A stretch of DNA of 64,000 nucleotides from Okamejei kenojei (GCA_035221665.1 CM069159.1:20212001-20276000); one strand, 5' to 3'; counted from the stretch's first letter, positions 1-13,349 are shown. A program made the numbers and translations. The notes: a model not told the origin generated them from the letters alone.

Positions 1-149
1 GCCACTTCTGTAATTTCTCTTCTTCATGATACCTCATAATCCAAATCATTTATTTTATTGCATCATTTATCCTATATTAATCCATGCAAGGCTGCTCAAA
101 GATCCACACCAGAGACTTGAATGGATACATCTAATCTGGAACGGCAATA

Positions 150-778
150 TAACTCTAGTGAATGCTGCATTGACAGGGGGTGAATTTATTTGTGAGGTGA
201 AACTAAAGGCTTTATCACCTCTCTAATATGGATGTAAATAAAACCCCAACACTATTTTTGAGAAGGGGTCAAGGAAAGAATGTTCACGTTGCGGCCTGTT
301 TCAACCAATCTTTCCACCATCATGCACAAGAAGCGACAAGATAGACACCATTGTATGCAGATGCTCTGGCTGAACAACTTCTAATGTTGTGTGTGGACTC
401 ACTAAGAAGATTTTTGAGAACCAAAAAAAAATGCGCTTAAGAAACTCAGCAATCCAGATAGCATCTGTAGAGGGACAAGGACATTTTGAGTCTGAAGAAG
501 GTTCCTGACCAGAAATGGCATCTGTCCATTTCCCTCCACAGACGTTGCCTGACCTACTGAGTTCTACCAGCACACTGTTTATGCTCCAGATTCCAGCATC
601 TACAATCTCTTGTGTCTTCATCAATAAAAATCAGATTATCTGATTGTAAGCACATTGCTGTTTGTGGGAACTTGCAGTGTTTCCTAAATTACAAGAAGAA
701 GAAGAACAGTTCATCAACCAGAACATTCTTTTGAATGTCCAAAGGTTTTGAAAGGTGTTCTGTAAATGCATTTTTTCA
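150..778 (+). mobile_element. Degenerate Deu-domain SINE (SacSINE1/AmnSINE1-like), interrupted by a PLE fragment
   Basis: GAGGTGAAACTAAAGGC...GGATGTAAA resembles the Deu core; 625-778 (CAGATTATCTG...CATTGCTGTTTGTGGGAACTTGC...AAAGGTGTTCTGTAAATGCA) resembles the SacSINE1 3' tail. Confidence 0.5.
428..618. mobile_element. Old PLE terminal-repeat fragment, partly inverted
   Basis: GTCTGAAGAAGGTTCCTGACCAGAAATG...TGCCTGACCTACTGAGTTCTACCAGCA...CCAGCATCTACA matches the repeat attached to the GIY-YIG ORF at 59.8-60.6 kb. Confidence 0.65.
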
Positions 779-1101
779 ATCTTTTTTTAAAACATCAGTT
801 TCGATCAATATTTGGAAATTAACAACTATGGTACAGCACTTCATATTTGTTAGATAGATTTGAAAATTGATCCCAAAATGTTTGTCACATTTGCTCATAT
901 TTAAGGGTGAACTTTGTGATCGCTACAGTAATGAACGTCAGTGTTGGAACTGAAAAGCTTTGGTCTATTTATCACCTCGTCTCATCACTGCAGTATTCAC
1001 AGGTTCTGGAATGTAAAAGAAACCTCAAAGTAAAGCTCCCTTACATTGTTCCAACTAAAGATGCTAACACAAGCCTCAGCACAACATCCTCCTCAACAGA
1101 A

Positions 1102-1316
1102 GATAGACTCAAAAAACTGGAGTAACTCAGCGGGACAGGCATCATCTCTGGAGAGAAGGAATGGGTGACGTTTTGTGTTGAGACCTTTCTTCAGATCCGT
1201 CTTGACCCGAAACGTCACCCATTCCTCCTTTCCAGAGATGCTGCCTGTCCAGCTGGGTTACTCCAGCTTTTTCTGTCTATCTTCGGTTTAAACCAGCATC
1301 TGCAGTTCCTTGACAC
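1102..1316. mobile_element. PLE terminal-repeat fold-back (inverted pair) mini-element
   Basis: Left arm GATAGAC..CTGGAGTAACTCAGCGGGACAGGCA..TTCTTCAGA is approximately the reverse complement of right arm GACCCGAAACGTCACCC..GTTACTCCAGC..GTCTATC; ends with CCAGCATCTGCAGTTCC. Confidence 0.8.
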
Positions 1317-1497
1317 GACGTGGGGGGACCGCTGTGAGGGAGGTGGGGGGGAGGACAAAAGGAAAAGTTGGCGTGCTTTGTAACTTTGTCTCGCAGTAGG
1401 TGGCTGCTATCTGTCTACATTCGGCATGCAAGCAAAGTATTACACTGTGCCCAGTCACATGTGACAATAAAGTATTCCATTCCATTCCATTCTTACG
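1317..1497 (+). mobile_element. 3' tail of a Rex1/L2-type retroposon with (TTCCA)n end
   Basis: CACTGTGCCCAGTCACATGTGACAATAAAG followed by (TTCCA)n; a similar tail lies at 55520-55570. Confidence 0.6.
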
Positions 1498-1789
1498 CAT
1501 CCTCCTCAACAGAACATGGTAAAGGAATTCAGGAGAGTGATCAGAGAGTGGGACACACCACCATGGATTAATTGATGTGAATGACATCTATGCATTTACA
1601 GGAAGCTAGAGATGCAAAAGAGCAATACAGGAACAATATGGTTATACCTATCTAACTTAGCATTAGACAATAGGATCCCATTGGCAATAGGATCCCAGAG
1701 TAATCACAACTGTCCCATTCCCACTGTAACTCTGCAACTTATTCCTTATGTTTCACCTATAATTTTTTCTTTGGTTCTTTTGCAATATG

Positions 1790-1930
1790 TTTCCAATAAT
1801 TCATTGCAGCCAATTAACCCACCAGTACATTATTGGGATGTGGGAAGAAACAACTTCTAGGGAAAATGAGCAAATTGCACACAAACAGGACTGGAGGTCA
1901 GGCTTGAACACTGCAAGACACTAGCACCAA
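1790..1930 (-). mobile_element. Old V-SINE (HE1-like) fragment
   Basis: GCCAATTAACC...TGGGATGTGGGAAGAAAC...GCAAATTGCACACAAACAG is a degenerate reverse V-domain. Confidence 0.55.
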
Positions 1931-4900
1931 TGGCTAGAGGGAGTTTGCATGGAGCAACAACAATAATATTGACTGGCTGGTCTAACTACCCTGCACATGG
2001 ACTGTATGTTCGAGGGAATTCTAATCCAAACCACAGCTTATGACAGGGGAAATTGAAGGCTTGAAAATGGTTATTTTTAGGATGATTGATTCATTGATTC
2101 ATTGGTGGATAAACTCTGAAGAAGGATGTCAGAGGCTGTCAGTTCCACAACTAGAAGTGCATGTGAATTCACATGGATGTATTTAATGGGAGTAACATTC
2201 AACTGTGAAATGGCACAGACTGTCACTGCAATACAGTCTGCGCAATTTTCCTCATCATTGATTTCACTGGAGAGGCAAATCAGGTGATTCATATAACAGT
2301 CAATCTATTACTGCCAAAATTAAATATTATGCTGGTAATTGGCATAGAAAACTTCACATGGTCCATGATGAATAACTGCCGTTTGAGAAAAATTCTATTT
2401 CTCAACTCAGGCATACCTCTGGCCTTGATTGAGAAGTTGATAATCATCCCCAATCAAACATCCTTTTGTACCATGGCTACACTTCCATTTGGAAATTAAC
2501 CCTTTTTTAAAAATTAAAACATATAATCTAGACAAAATAAACAATAACATGATCAGAGCAGTAATTTAATATTTTGCTGTTCCACTGTTGATCATAAATA
2601 ATCAATCTATAGTATTCACAGATTCAGTTCCATAAATTATGGTCTGATAACTCTCTGCCAATCATTCATTTTTCTCTAATTATTTATGGCACCCTCACTA
2701 CCTCAGTGTGCATAAAAACTTCCATTGTTCAGGAGAACAGCATTACTATTTTTCCTCCCAGTTAAGAAAGAATTTAACAGTGTCTTGTTCATGATATCTG
2801 TCCCATTAAGGCTTCAAACCTTGCAATTGTTTTCATCTACCCATTGCAGGCTTATTGATTTCAATGGTTACAAGCTTCAATGTGTTTGGTTTCAGGTTGC
2901 TGATATTTTGGATATGTTCTTTGCTATTGAATAGGAAATGGAAGCTGGGCTATACAACACTAGAGCGTCTTAATACCTTAAGCAGTTCCCTCTTTGAGGC
3001 TACAATGCCATCATGGCACTTAGGTTTCCATCTTACATTTCTGCTTTGCTCACTACTTGGTGCCAAGGAACAGCAAACACAAGAGCTCTACACACAAATA
3101 AACTGCTCCCAATTAACACTACCGATGGGCCCCAAGCTGTCTGAAACAAGTGAACCTTTTAGCTGAATAATTCAGGATACAATAAAACAAATAAACCTTT
3201 CTTGCACTGAAACATATCTGTTCAAATTCTGTTTCTTGGTTCTCCCAACTCAGTTCTTTCAGAACAACATCCTTTCTTTTTGGCACTTTGAAATGTTACA
3301 TATTTGACATTGCTGTGCGAGCTTTCTATCTTCAACAACTGTTGTGCACCCTGAATTAAGTCATTGTAAGCACTTTTCCTAAATTTGGAACGCAAACATT
3401 TAAACTTATATACATGGGCCAGGCTATGCCCAAATGCCCAGCAGAGATCACTGCAGCATTTCTGATATCACCTGAAGCCAAATTAAATAGCCCTCAAACA
3501 CCCCTGATGGAAGGTAAAGCCGGGATGGACTCCTGTCTCCATTAGATTTTAACAGTAAATATATCAGGAAATGTAAAATCCATTGAAACTGAAGGAAATA
3601 AAACAAATATTTTTTTAAAATTGGTAAATGAATTGAAAGATATAAAAGCTCCTAGAAATAATTTTTAAAAAAAACTGTAAATTAAAACTAAATAATTAAA
3701 AAATAATGTTGTTGCCTCTGTGCCCAAAATCAGTTGCCTGTAACCCCATCGAAAACAGATCTGACCTGGCAAAGAAGTGCAAATTCTCTAGGGTAATATT
3801 CTGGAATTCCAACAAAACTGGGTCCAGCTATTGAGACCCCCCCCTCCCAAACTGTCAGCATCTCCTGGACATATACATCTGCCAACATGTGTGTATCAGC
3901 CCAGGAATAACCAGTTTGACTTGCTGAATGGCGGTGGTTTCATGTAGAACCACTGGCCACAGCCAGCAGGTTCTTGCTCACAATTACACAGAGTCTCAGC
4001 ACTTCTTGGAGTATCTTAATAACCATATCTGTCATGCACTTTCACCTTGATTCAGCAATCAATGAGAGACAACTTACTCTCACAGAAGGCCCTGATCAAA
4101 TCAGCAGATTAGTATTGATCTCTGTGCATGCCTACTGATACCTTAAGCAATCAAGCAGCTGGGCTCATTACATGACGATACTGTAAATCAAAAAGGTTGA
4201 GATTTCCAGTTATTTTGTTAAAATATTCTTCAACTCTCTGGTATTTAGGGAATGACTGCACATTTACAAAATACAGTTTCAGTTCTAACAAGGAAATTAC
4301 AATGATGTTAATTACAAATATTGACTGTTCCAATTAATGTTCTGATGATCTTATTTTTTTCAATAAATGAAGATGCTAACAAATAGTAATCTCAAAACTT
4401 TGCGTTCATAACTTCATAAAGTTCAACAAATGTAGCCTGCAGTAATGTTTGTGAATTTTATGAAGTTGTCATGAGACTCTGATTTAGTGAGTTCAAATTG
4501 TTTCCATTGCTATGGAGAATCAATTAGAACTCACTGAATCATATCCGTGCAGGGCATAAAAGAGTACACCTTAGTTGCACAATTTTCTTCATTCCTACAG
4601 ATACTTCCCTCTCTGTGTTGCACAGAAGCAGAAAGATTATGACACTTCAACAGGCTCAGAGCCGCTGATTTTCTTGCCTCAGGACTTTTTTATGTGTAGG
4701 ACATCTCCTGGCTGAATCTTATCCTATGTGACATGATAAGGAAATGCAAGTGTAGCATTAGGCTTGTTGCTTGCCAAGTTACTCTCCGTCTGGAAAGGAA
4801 CCTCAAACACCAGCTGAGGTATATCGGCTAGAGGTCCTGAAGTCTAAATATCCCTTGGAAATGAAAAAAAATCTGCACTTCAGTGAATCTCAGTCTTCAG

Positions 4901-4953
4901 ACACTCGATATTGCCTGAAAGTAGTCATCCATTTTCTCCAGAGAAGGTGTTAT

Positions 4954-5090
4954 AGAGACACAAGGGACTGCAATGCTGGAAGCTTGTGCAAAACACAAAG
5001 TGCTGGAGGAGCTCAGGAAGACGTGTCCTGACCTGAAACGCCATCTGTCCATTTCCTCCACTGATGCTGAATGATTTGCTGAGTTCCTCC
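4954..5090. mobile_element. PLE terminal-repeat fragment (inverted pair)
   Basis: ACACAAGGGACTGCAATGCTGG..CACAAAGTGCTGGAGGAGCTCAG / GACCTGAAACG..TGCTGAGTTCCTCCA. Confidence 0.65.
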
Positions 5091-7049
5091 AATATATTTA
5101 GTATTTGAAGGCTGGGTTGAATACACAAGTATTTAGTATTTTTAGTATTAGAGCTGGGTTGAATACACAACTGATTTATAGTGTCACGGGTACAGGTCTC
5201 TCTCCCTCCATTTATACTTCTTATTCATGCATGGGAACTTCAGAAATTCTGGACCCAAAAAGGCCAGGTGGTTCTCTGTCCTCACATCCAGATCTCTGAA
5301 TCAAATATGATTATTACCTAAATGGATATTAATAGTCGTAGATTTTTCATATAGTGGAATGCGGAAACCATCAACGAGCTATGATTCGGTTAGGTGATAA
5401 AGCTGAAAGTAATACCAAGTGAGAGTAAAGTAGACAAAGGTTCCTGAGCAAACACAAAAGCCTGTTGAATGGCTTTTTCAGGTGTAAATGCAATGTTAGT
5501 ATAAGAGCATTGAGCATGTACAAATGCAATGATGTGGAGTTAATACCATATACTGAGCAAATGATTGTGCATGGTATAAAGATCCAACCAATGTACTGTG
5601 GTCACAGCAGAGCTGAGACAAATCAATTCTCACCGTAAAGATCAATCACAGGTTTGTGAGATAGCGAGGGTGAACAAAAAGCTTCAGATTTCAAATTAAA
5701 ATTAGTTTGGAGCGAATTAAATTATTCTCAGTGTATCACTCTAATTAATTTAAATTTGCTTTCTTGCATCATAAGATCTTATAATGCCATTATGTATGTT
5801 ATGAATACGGCCTAAAAGCTCAATATAACACAAACCTTTGTTGTCACTACTACAGTTATTCTAGTTTTCAAATATTTACTCGGTATTCAAATGGTCCACT
5901 ATGACTGGGTGAATTTTGATAAATGTACAGAATTTTTTATAATGGCGGCAATAGGCTATCCAAAAGAAGGTGCCATTAATAATGGAGATATGATAGATTG
6001 CAAATGTGGATTATTTGGTGTGCTGGAGGAACTCAGTGGGTCAGGCAACATTTGCTGAAAGAAATGGACAGATGACATTTCAGGTTGATTCCCTTCTCAA
6101 TATTAGCATTGTTCCTTCCTTTCTCATTAAACTTCTTCTCTTCCATTCTTTTTTCTATCACGTGCTTAACCAGCTTGAATGAATCAAAGAATGAATTACA
6201 TGCTGGTAACAAATTCCACATCTCAAGCAGAATACCCTATCGGATTTATCAATGGCTACCTTACATTCATGAGCCCTGTTTTTTGGACTTTATCTTACAT
6301 GTGAAGCATTGTCATTGCCTTAATCTTTGCAAACACCTGCATCAGGTCACTTCTCTTTTCCATGGAATACTTTCACAGTTTAATGAATAAAGAGTACATA
6401 TATTACTGCATTCAATTACATACTCGAAGGAATTACATAGACTATTCAAAGTCCTTAGATCTCCATGAAATGTAAGTACACAATCATTAGTATATGCAGA
6501 GTGCCATAGAAGGAAGGATGAAATTATAACAAACGAGGCTAATATGACTCAAATATCAGGCAGCATCTTTTTCAGAAATTATAATTTACCAATCATTATT
6601 TTCAAATGCTTTTTTGTTCTTTCCTGTTTTAGGTATAGCAGTGTAGACAAGAGTTTGGAATGTATCAGAACAAATTTACTCTGACTAGGAATATTGAAGA
6701 TGAGAACATTTTCAGCCATCTAGTATGTGGGCTACAATTACCATCAAACAAATTAGTTAGTACATTGTGGCGCTAGGGTGGTTGAAACCCAATTTGCTAC
6801 TTTCCTTCCCTTCCTCATGTTGGTGACCTTGTCCTGACAAACTCTTGAGTCCAAATCCCCACTGACTTGGGCATCAAATTTGCAAATTGTCCGAAGCTCA
6901 GATGACAAATAGCGGATGCTATCAGGATTTACTCAGTCCTTTTCCACCCCTAGAAAATGTAAACTAGAATATTGTAGGAACACAATAAGGTTAAACTACC
7001 AAATTTACAATTTTTTGTTCATTTTCAATATACTAAAAAGTAAGTCACA

Positions 7050-7351
7050 ATCTGACCCGCTGAGTTACTCCAGCTTTGTGTGTCTATCTTCGGTTTAAAC
7101 CAGAATCTGCAGTTCCTTCCTTCACAATTTCAATATATTTTAAGAAGAAACACAAGATATTCACAGAGAAAATGGAGAAACAAAGAACTGCAAATGCTGG
7201 TTTATACCAAAACTAGTTACAAAGTGCTGGAGTAACTTAGTGGGACAAACAGGATCTCTGGAGAAAAAGGATGGGTAACGTTTTGGGACGGGACTCTTCT
7301 TTAGTCTGAAGAACAAGAAGCTGAGTTACTCCAGCACTTTGCATCTATCTT
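7050..7351. mobile_element. Two PLE terminal-repeat fragments (7050-7125 sense; 7177-7351 inverted pair)
   Basis: CTGACCCGCTGAGTTACTCCAGC..CTGCAGTTCCTTCC; AGAACTGCAAATGCTGG..AAAGTGCTGGAGTAAC..GTCTGAAGAA..CTGAGTTACTCCAGCAC. Confidence 0.75.
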
Positions 7352-8879
7352 AGATACAAAATATTAACACTCTCACTCATACTTTGAAGATCATCTGACT
7401 GTAAGTGGAATTAGATAACTTTAAGTGTGTTTGGAAACAAACTTGCTTCAATCTGTTAATATCGTTATATAGCAACATTGTCAAGTTTTCACATGTCAAT
7501 TTCTTCCTCTTTCTCATTGATCACATTCATAATATAGTTTAGTTCAGCAATTCTGCTTTAAGGGAGCATGACAAATATCTCTAACAAAAACCATTAGATT
7601 ATTAAAAAAATAAGTGTTCTTTAGTGAAGGACATCTCACAATGAAGACCAAGGTGTGGTCGGAGTGAGGAAAGTGAAAATAGAACCAGTGAGAAGAGCGA
7701 GAAATTTTGAATAACGAGGTTGAAAAATATTGTTGAAGCAATCAATTCTAACTGTGATATACTTGCAACATTTGTCTGACACTAGCTATGTAATTATCCA
7801 TTCTCCAAGACCTAATGACACCCCAGTGAACACAACAATGGCAAGAAAGTCAGTAATCAAGGATCACAGACAGTTCTCTCATATGATTCAAGGACATGTC
7901 TGTCGGACCAGCGGTAAAGAATAGAATGCTTTCAGAGAGGATCGATGTTTTAACAGGCACCCAGTGGTCAGACGAAGGTTGAAAAAATATTTCTGATGTT
8001 AAAACTAGAGGGAGAAAAGAAAGGGGTGCACTGAGATCATACAGCAAAAACATTGTATAAATAATATTGTCAGAATCTGGAGTTACGAATACAAAATATT
8101 AGGAAAGCAGGCCAGGTTACGACACTCTTCTCAGTTACAACAGGCAGCATGTAACAAATTACTTCCTAAGCGATAAAAAACCCTTGAAATATTCTATTTC
8201 AGATATAGAATTACGCAAGTGCTCTAAGCACTTATTCTGTCATAGAAACTCAACTATTAAACGTGATCTGTGCTTATAATGCTTTTTGAGTGGTCCAATG
8301 AATGAAAGATTGACAGAATTATCTTTGCAACAGCTTAAGTGGAACCATTTTATCAAACATGCAAAGGATTTTCCAAATTAGTTTGTTTGCTTCAGACCCT
8401 CTACTGGCATGGGAGCAATAAGTGTTGAATTATGTTGAGCCTCTTTTTGTTTTATTTGGAAGTGATTTGATTTGTTTGGAGAATATAAATGTGCAAATGT
8501 TTATCTCTATGATGTTACTTTTCTAGCTGACTCATGGAGGGTTATCTAGGGATCTGTTTCAAGACCTCCAATTACTTTAAAAGCAATATTTCAGTGTGAT
8601 TGGGTGACATATTGTGTCTTCTTGAAGAATCTTTACCAGACACTATTCAACGTTAAAGAATAAGCAGTTTCCACAGCTTTCCTGAAGAATTTGCTATACT
8701 TCCAAATATCTTCACTTCCTTGCTAAGATATAGTATATTATCCTTAATAATCAGTGTGGCATTAATGTGTGGCATTAATGTAAAAGGAGATGGAGTGTAT
8801 ATTTCTCATCGGTAATTACCAGTGAGAAGGATATGGAAGTAAGGGAATTATGTTATCTTATCAATCCAATTTCCTCCGT

Positions 8880-9110
8880 TAATTCCTTGCAAACCATTCC
8901 CTCTCACATTTGCCCATCTTTTCCCTCCCGGATCACCTATCACCCACCCACATGTGGGATAATTTCCAATCCCAATTAGCCCTAACAACCAGGATGTCAA
9001 TGGGATGGGGACAAAACTGGATCACAATTTTAGCTATGACAAGGACAACCTGCAAACTGTTCACAGAGAGCATTTGAGGTCAGAATTAATTCCAAGTCAC
9101 TGGAGCTAAG
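8880..9110 (-). mobile_element. Very old V-SINE fragment
   Basis: CCAATTAGCCCTAACAACC...GGGATGGGGACAAAACTGGA...CTGCAAACTGTTCACAGAGAGCATTTGAGGTCAGAATT. Confidence 0.45.
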
Positions 9111-9530
9111 AACCAGCTTGACGACAGGTGGCCCAACTGAGCCTCTCTACTTTGAGGTGCTGGTGGCATTGCGGGCACGAGAGTGGGCCAGCCTGCAGAC
9201 TTTCCGTGAGTGCCAACAATCATTGACCCCTGCCATGCGCACATAAAAATTCCCCCAAATAACCCAATTCTTTCCTTAACAGGAATCATTACCGCCCCCC
9301 GCCTTTTCTGATGTGAATCATGAGAAGTGTTCCTTGATCATTTACGTCCCGTTTTTGGTGAATGCACAGGCACCTTTGTGGCCAGGAGCACCAAACTGCC
9401 AGCATTGCCATATGGATGAACCCTGGGGGATAAAGACTACTTCCAAGTCCATAGTCCTCAATCTAATGTACTTTCCAAATGCAGCTGTTGTAGTTGGGCT
9501 CCAAAAGCACATGTACCAACATTATAATGG

Positions 9531-9706
9531 TAGATACAAATGCTGGAGAAACTCAGCGGGTGAGGCAACATCTATGGAGTGAAGGAATAGGTGATGTTAC
9601 TGGTCGAGACCCTTCTTCAGACTCCATAGACACTGCCTCACCCACTGAGTTTCTCCAGCATTTTTATCTACCTTTGATTTTTCCAGCATCTGCAGTTCCT
9701 TCTTAA
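9531..9706. mobile_element. PLE fold-back mini-element with 16-bp flanking direct repeat
   Basis: Inverted arms; AACATTATAATGGTAG at 9518-9533 and 9706-9721. Confidence 0.85.
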
Positions 9707-9878
9707 ACATTATAATGGTAGTCCTGCCGTTGTGTCAAAATAAGGTTCTGCAATGAATCAAGTGGGAATGTCCTGGAGTTTTACATCCTGCAGCCACAGA
9801 GTTTTCCTGCCTCTCTGTTGTGCAATGCTCTGTTTGCCAAGTCCAGATTACACACATCGTCAGATGAAGAACAGCATG

Positions 9879-9986
9879 GACACAAAATCTTGGAGTGTCT
9901 CAGTGGGACAGGCATCATCTCTGGAGAGAAGGAATGGGTGACGTCTCGGGTCAAGACCCTTCTTTAGACTGAGCTGCAGTTCTTCA
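9879..9986. mobile_element. PLE mini-element (inverted arm plus short sense end) with 15-bp flanking direct repeat
   Basis: GAAGAACAGCATGGA at 9866-9880 and 9987-10001. Confidence 0.8.
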
Positions 9987-10954
9987 GAAGAACAGCATGG
10001 AACAGCAGGAACACAAGTCCGTGTCCAAAAAGCAGGAAGGGGTACAGGAGCAAGAGGATGGAGAAAACTATCAGGCAGTCATTGCAGAACATCAGCCTCA
10101 TCTCCTGTACTCCTGAGGAGAGAGGCAATGATGACATGGGCAATAAGGAACTCCCAGAGAGAAGACCCTGCTGTCTTCAATCCAGACAATGGACCAAATC
10201 CATAATGCAGTCCTTAATAACCACATAGCTCATCAATAATCAGAGAGCGAGACCAGATGATGCATATACTTCCAACTCCTTTGCACAGTCACCTGCACTG
10301 GTCCTAACACACCAGTCAATTAATTCCTAATCTAATCATATGCAACAATTGTCATTGCTGGTGTGAGATGATCATGATATTTCTTGTGAGGATTAGCAAT
10401 TTATTTTTGCTTTGCTTAAATGCGTTTGGATTCTCACAGCTGGAGAGAACATCTGGAACCATTTCCTGCCAGGAACTTCCCACTGGATCGTCTTGGTACA
10501 CAGACTCTCCCTCAGGACATGCATCTCAGTTCTTTGGACATCAATGCCTCTTTCCATGTAAACTCCCTCTCTCTCTGCTCCATGGTGGTTTTAATGCTAG
10601 TTGTTGGTATCTGGCTGGAAAGGTAAATGTGTCATTTAGGGCTGATGCCTGTCTTAGGTTGCTATGCAGTAGGTGTTTAAATGATCCCCATCCTGGTCAG
10701 AACCACAGAATTAAAGGTTCCATTTTAGTAGACGCTACTAGGCAGAGACTGCGCCAATATTTTTCATTTCCTTTTTAGTTAATTGCGCTAAATTTCACAT
10801 GGGACCCAGTTCAGTGTAACCTGAAATGCAAAGACTGTTTAACATGCTAAAATTCCGTTTTTGGGTATTAGGTAGCTAATGAAGTACTTTCACAGGAAGT
10901 GGATAATTTATAAGAAAAGCTTCAATGAAATCAGTGCATTAACAGTTAAAACAG

Positions 10955-11078
10955 CAGGGAATGGAGGGATATGGATCAGGTGCAGGCTGATGAGATTAGA
11001 TGAATTTAGCATCACGTTTGGAACAGATATTGTGGGCTGAAGAGCCTGTTCCTATTCTGTACATTTCTATATTCTATT
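10955..11078 (+). mobile_element. CR1 3' UTR fragment
   Basis: GGAATGGAGGGATATGGA...GTGGGCTGAAGAGCCTGTTCCTATTCTGTAC plus (TTCTATA)-like tail. Confidence 0.65.
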
Positions 11079-11199
11079 TTCTTATAATGATCAGATTATT
11101 TGTATTTAACAGTGATAAAAGAAGGATGAATTTTGGGTGATAACAACAAAGTGAACACCCTATTTAATTTTCCCAAACAGTGTTTTAGGATTAAAAAAA

Positions 11200-11398
11200 A
11201 ACCCAAAGTGCTGGAAAAGCTCAGCAGGTCTGACAGCAACTCTGGAGAACCTGGATAGGGACATTTCAGGTTGGGCCCCGTCTTCAGACTCAAAATATCA
11301 ACAATCCATGTCCTCCAGAGATGCTGCTTGATCTGCCGAGTAACTACAGCACTTTGTGTTTTTTTTTGTGTAGACCGGCATCTGTAGTTCATTTTGTC
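11200..11398. mobile_element. PLE fold-back mini-element
   Basis: AAAGTGCTGGAAAAGCTCAGCAGG..TCTTCAGAC / CTCCAGAGATGCTGC..GAGTAACTACAGCACTTT..GCATCTGTAGTTC. Confidence 0.75.
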
Positions 11399-11424
11399 AC
11401 CTTAAGATATTTTATATCTCCTTA

Positions 11425-11580
11425 GGTGATAGAACAGACCAGAGATTTACATCCCAACCATATGATAATGCAGAATGTCTCAATACTGTACCAGAAAGTC
11501 AGCCTGGATGATGTGTGCAAATCTCAGGGCAGGGAATTAATCATAATATTTGACTCAGAATTGATCACGAAAGCTGAAGT
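11425..11580 (-). mobile_element. Deu-SINE (SacSINE1-like) fragment
   Basis: ATGCAGAATGTCTCAATACTGTACCAGAAAGTCAGCCTGGATGATGTGTGCAAATCTC...TTTGACTCAGA resembles the reverse SacSINE1 head/core. Confidence 0.5.
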
Positions 11581-13349
11581 TTGAGTCATGCTGACAAGAA
11601 GTGAACTGCGGACATTCCTGATTTGAACGGTTCACCATCACATGGGGCTTTTATCTGAACCACCTGTGAATTTAGTTCATGGAAAGTATGCATAGTGCTT
11701 TATTTCAAAGAAAACAGAAAACTCAGGAGTTAAAATATTTGAAAAACCTGAAGAGCTCTCAATGGAAAAATAAGAAAGAAGTGCTGATTTTATTTCTAGG
11801 TTGAAATTTCCTAAGAACTGTGCAGTGAAATTATAGCTGCTCTCCTCGGGTAACAGCGAGTTTCCCGACAGTCAGGAAAACAGACGCAATATTGTCTGCC
11901 TCACGCAAAATAATCCTGTTACCAAAAATGTATGTAACTGAGAAGACACAGGAGACCAGTAACATTTGGCCTTTAAGGATCAGTTCAATTAGTACCAACT
12001 TTCTCTTGCAAATTGAAGTGTGATATGATCTTTTCCACATTGCCATCTTTCTCAGGCAAACCCAATCTTTGGTGATCTTCTCAGATCCCTACTGAATAGA
12101 AATACTTTCTTCAGGAAGAAGGGAAGATGCAAATAACTCCAGGCGAAGACTGCTATATTGTTGAGGGATAGGCACTGGAGGCCCAAATGTGTCATCGATA
12201 CTGTTGCCCGGCTTTTGTAGAAACATTGAAATTCAATTAATTGTGGTCCAGAAAGTTGAGAAGAGATATGGCAAACACAATGGTTGTAAATGGAGCTGAC
12301 AAACCTGGAAATTAGGCCAAAAAGTGAGACAGCGGGAGCCTGAAAGCACTGGCTGAAACATTGCTGCAATTATTGATTAACATTGCATGAACCCTTGAGA
12401 GAAAAGTTACAGGAGCAAGGAAAGGGCACAGCAAAGATACACAGCAAAGAAAGCACAGATGATAAAATTTGTTCTCATTGCACTGAAACAGAAAAGGTTA
12501 AGTTAGGTTTTCAAATATAAAAATGTTTTGCAAGGGTAAATACCGGAGGGATATTTGCAAAGATAGCAAATAATCTGAACTGAGATCCAAAAGAAAATAG
12601 AAGCCTGAGGAAATTTTAGGATGAAAAGTTATTAAAACACTGAATATTTTATTACATGTAGCTATGAAAGCAGATATTGGAATATAATATAGAAGGTAGC
12701 AATTAACAGGAGAAAATATACAATAAAACCAATAATGAGGTGAATAATAGTTAATCAACAACTGACGGCACATCTGGTGAAATTGAATGATATTGCAAAT
12801 CTCATGACTTGTTGACACAACCCTTTGAAATTTCTGCTTTAAGGGTTTTTTTTTGTCCTTTGTCAAGCTTACCACCCACTGCCACAGCAGATGTAATACA
12901 GATTTACTGATTGTAAATCTATTGTGTTAAGTGAGAATAAGATATATACTGGTAAATTTGCAGTTCATTTCATGATTAAAATAAGTGTTATGAGAACATT
13001 TATTTAAAGGGGTAAATTACAAAAAGAGCGTAATATAAATATCATCCTAGTAATGCACCCACACATTTTGAGATAATTTACAGAGACCAGCTTGATGTCC
13101 AGCATACTCATCAGTGGGAATGGTGAATTATGGCCACAGTTTCTGATTTCTCATTGTAAGGGTAAGGTCCCCATTAGGGATATGGATTCAACTCATTACA
13201 TATCACAACTTGAAGGTCCAAACATCAAGAGCACCCAGGGAGTTCATCTTTTCACATTATTTTGCCAGATCCCCTGATTGTGCTGGTTTGCAAGTTACTA
13301 TTTGGCTGTGATGTCAGTGACAGACTGTTAGATTAAAGGCAATAAACAT

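Noticed and set aside
5096-5170. Short direct repeat GCTGGGTTGAATACACAA x2 (similarly AACATGGTGATTGTATCT x2 near 23680-23716)
   Set aside because: Ordinary slippage or repair duplications with only two units.
9100-10560. Possible decayed DNA-transposase sequence around the PLE inserts
   Set aside because: No DDE or other motif could be read convincingly.
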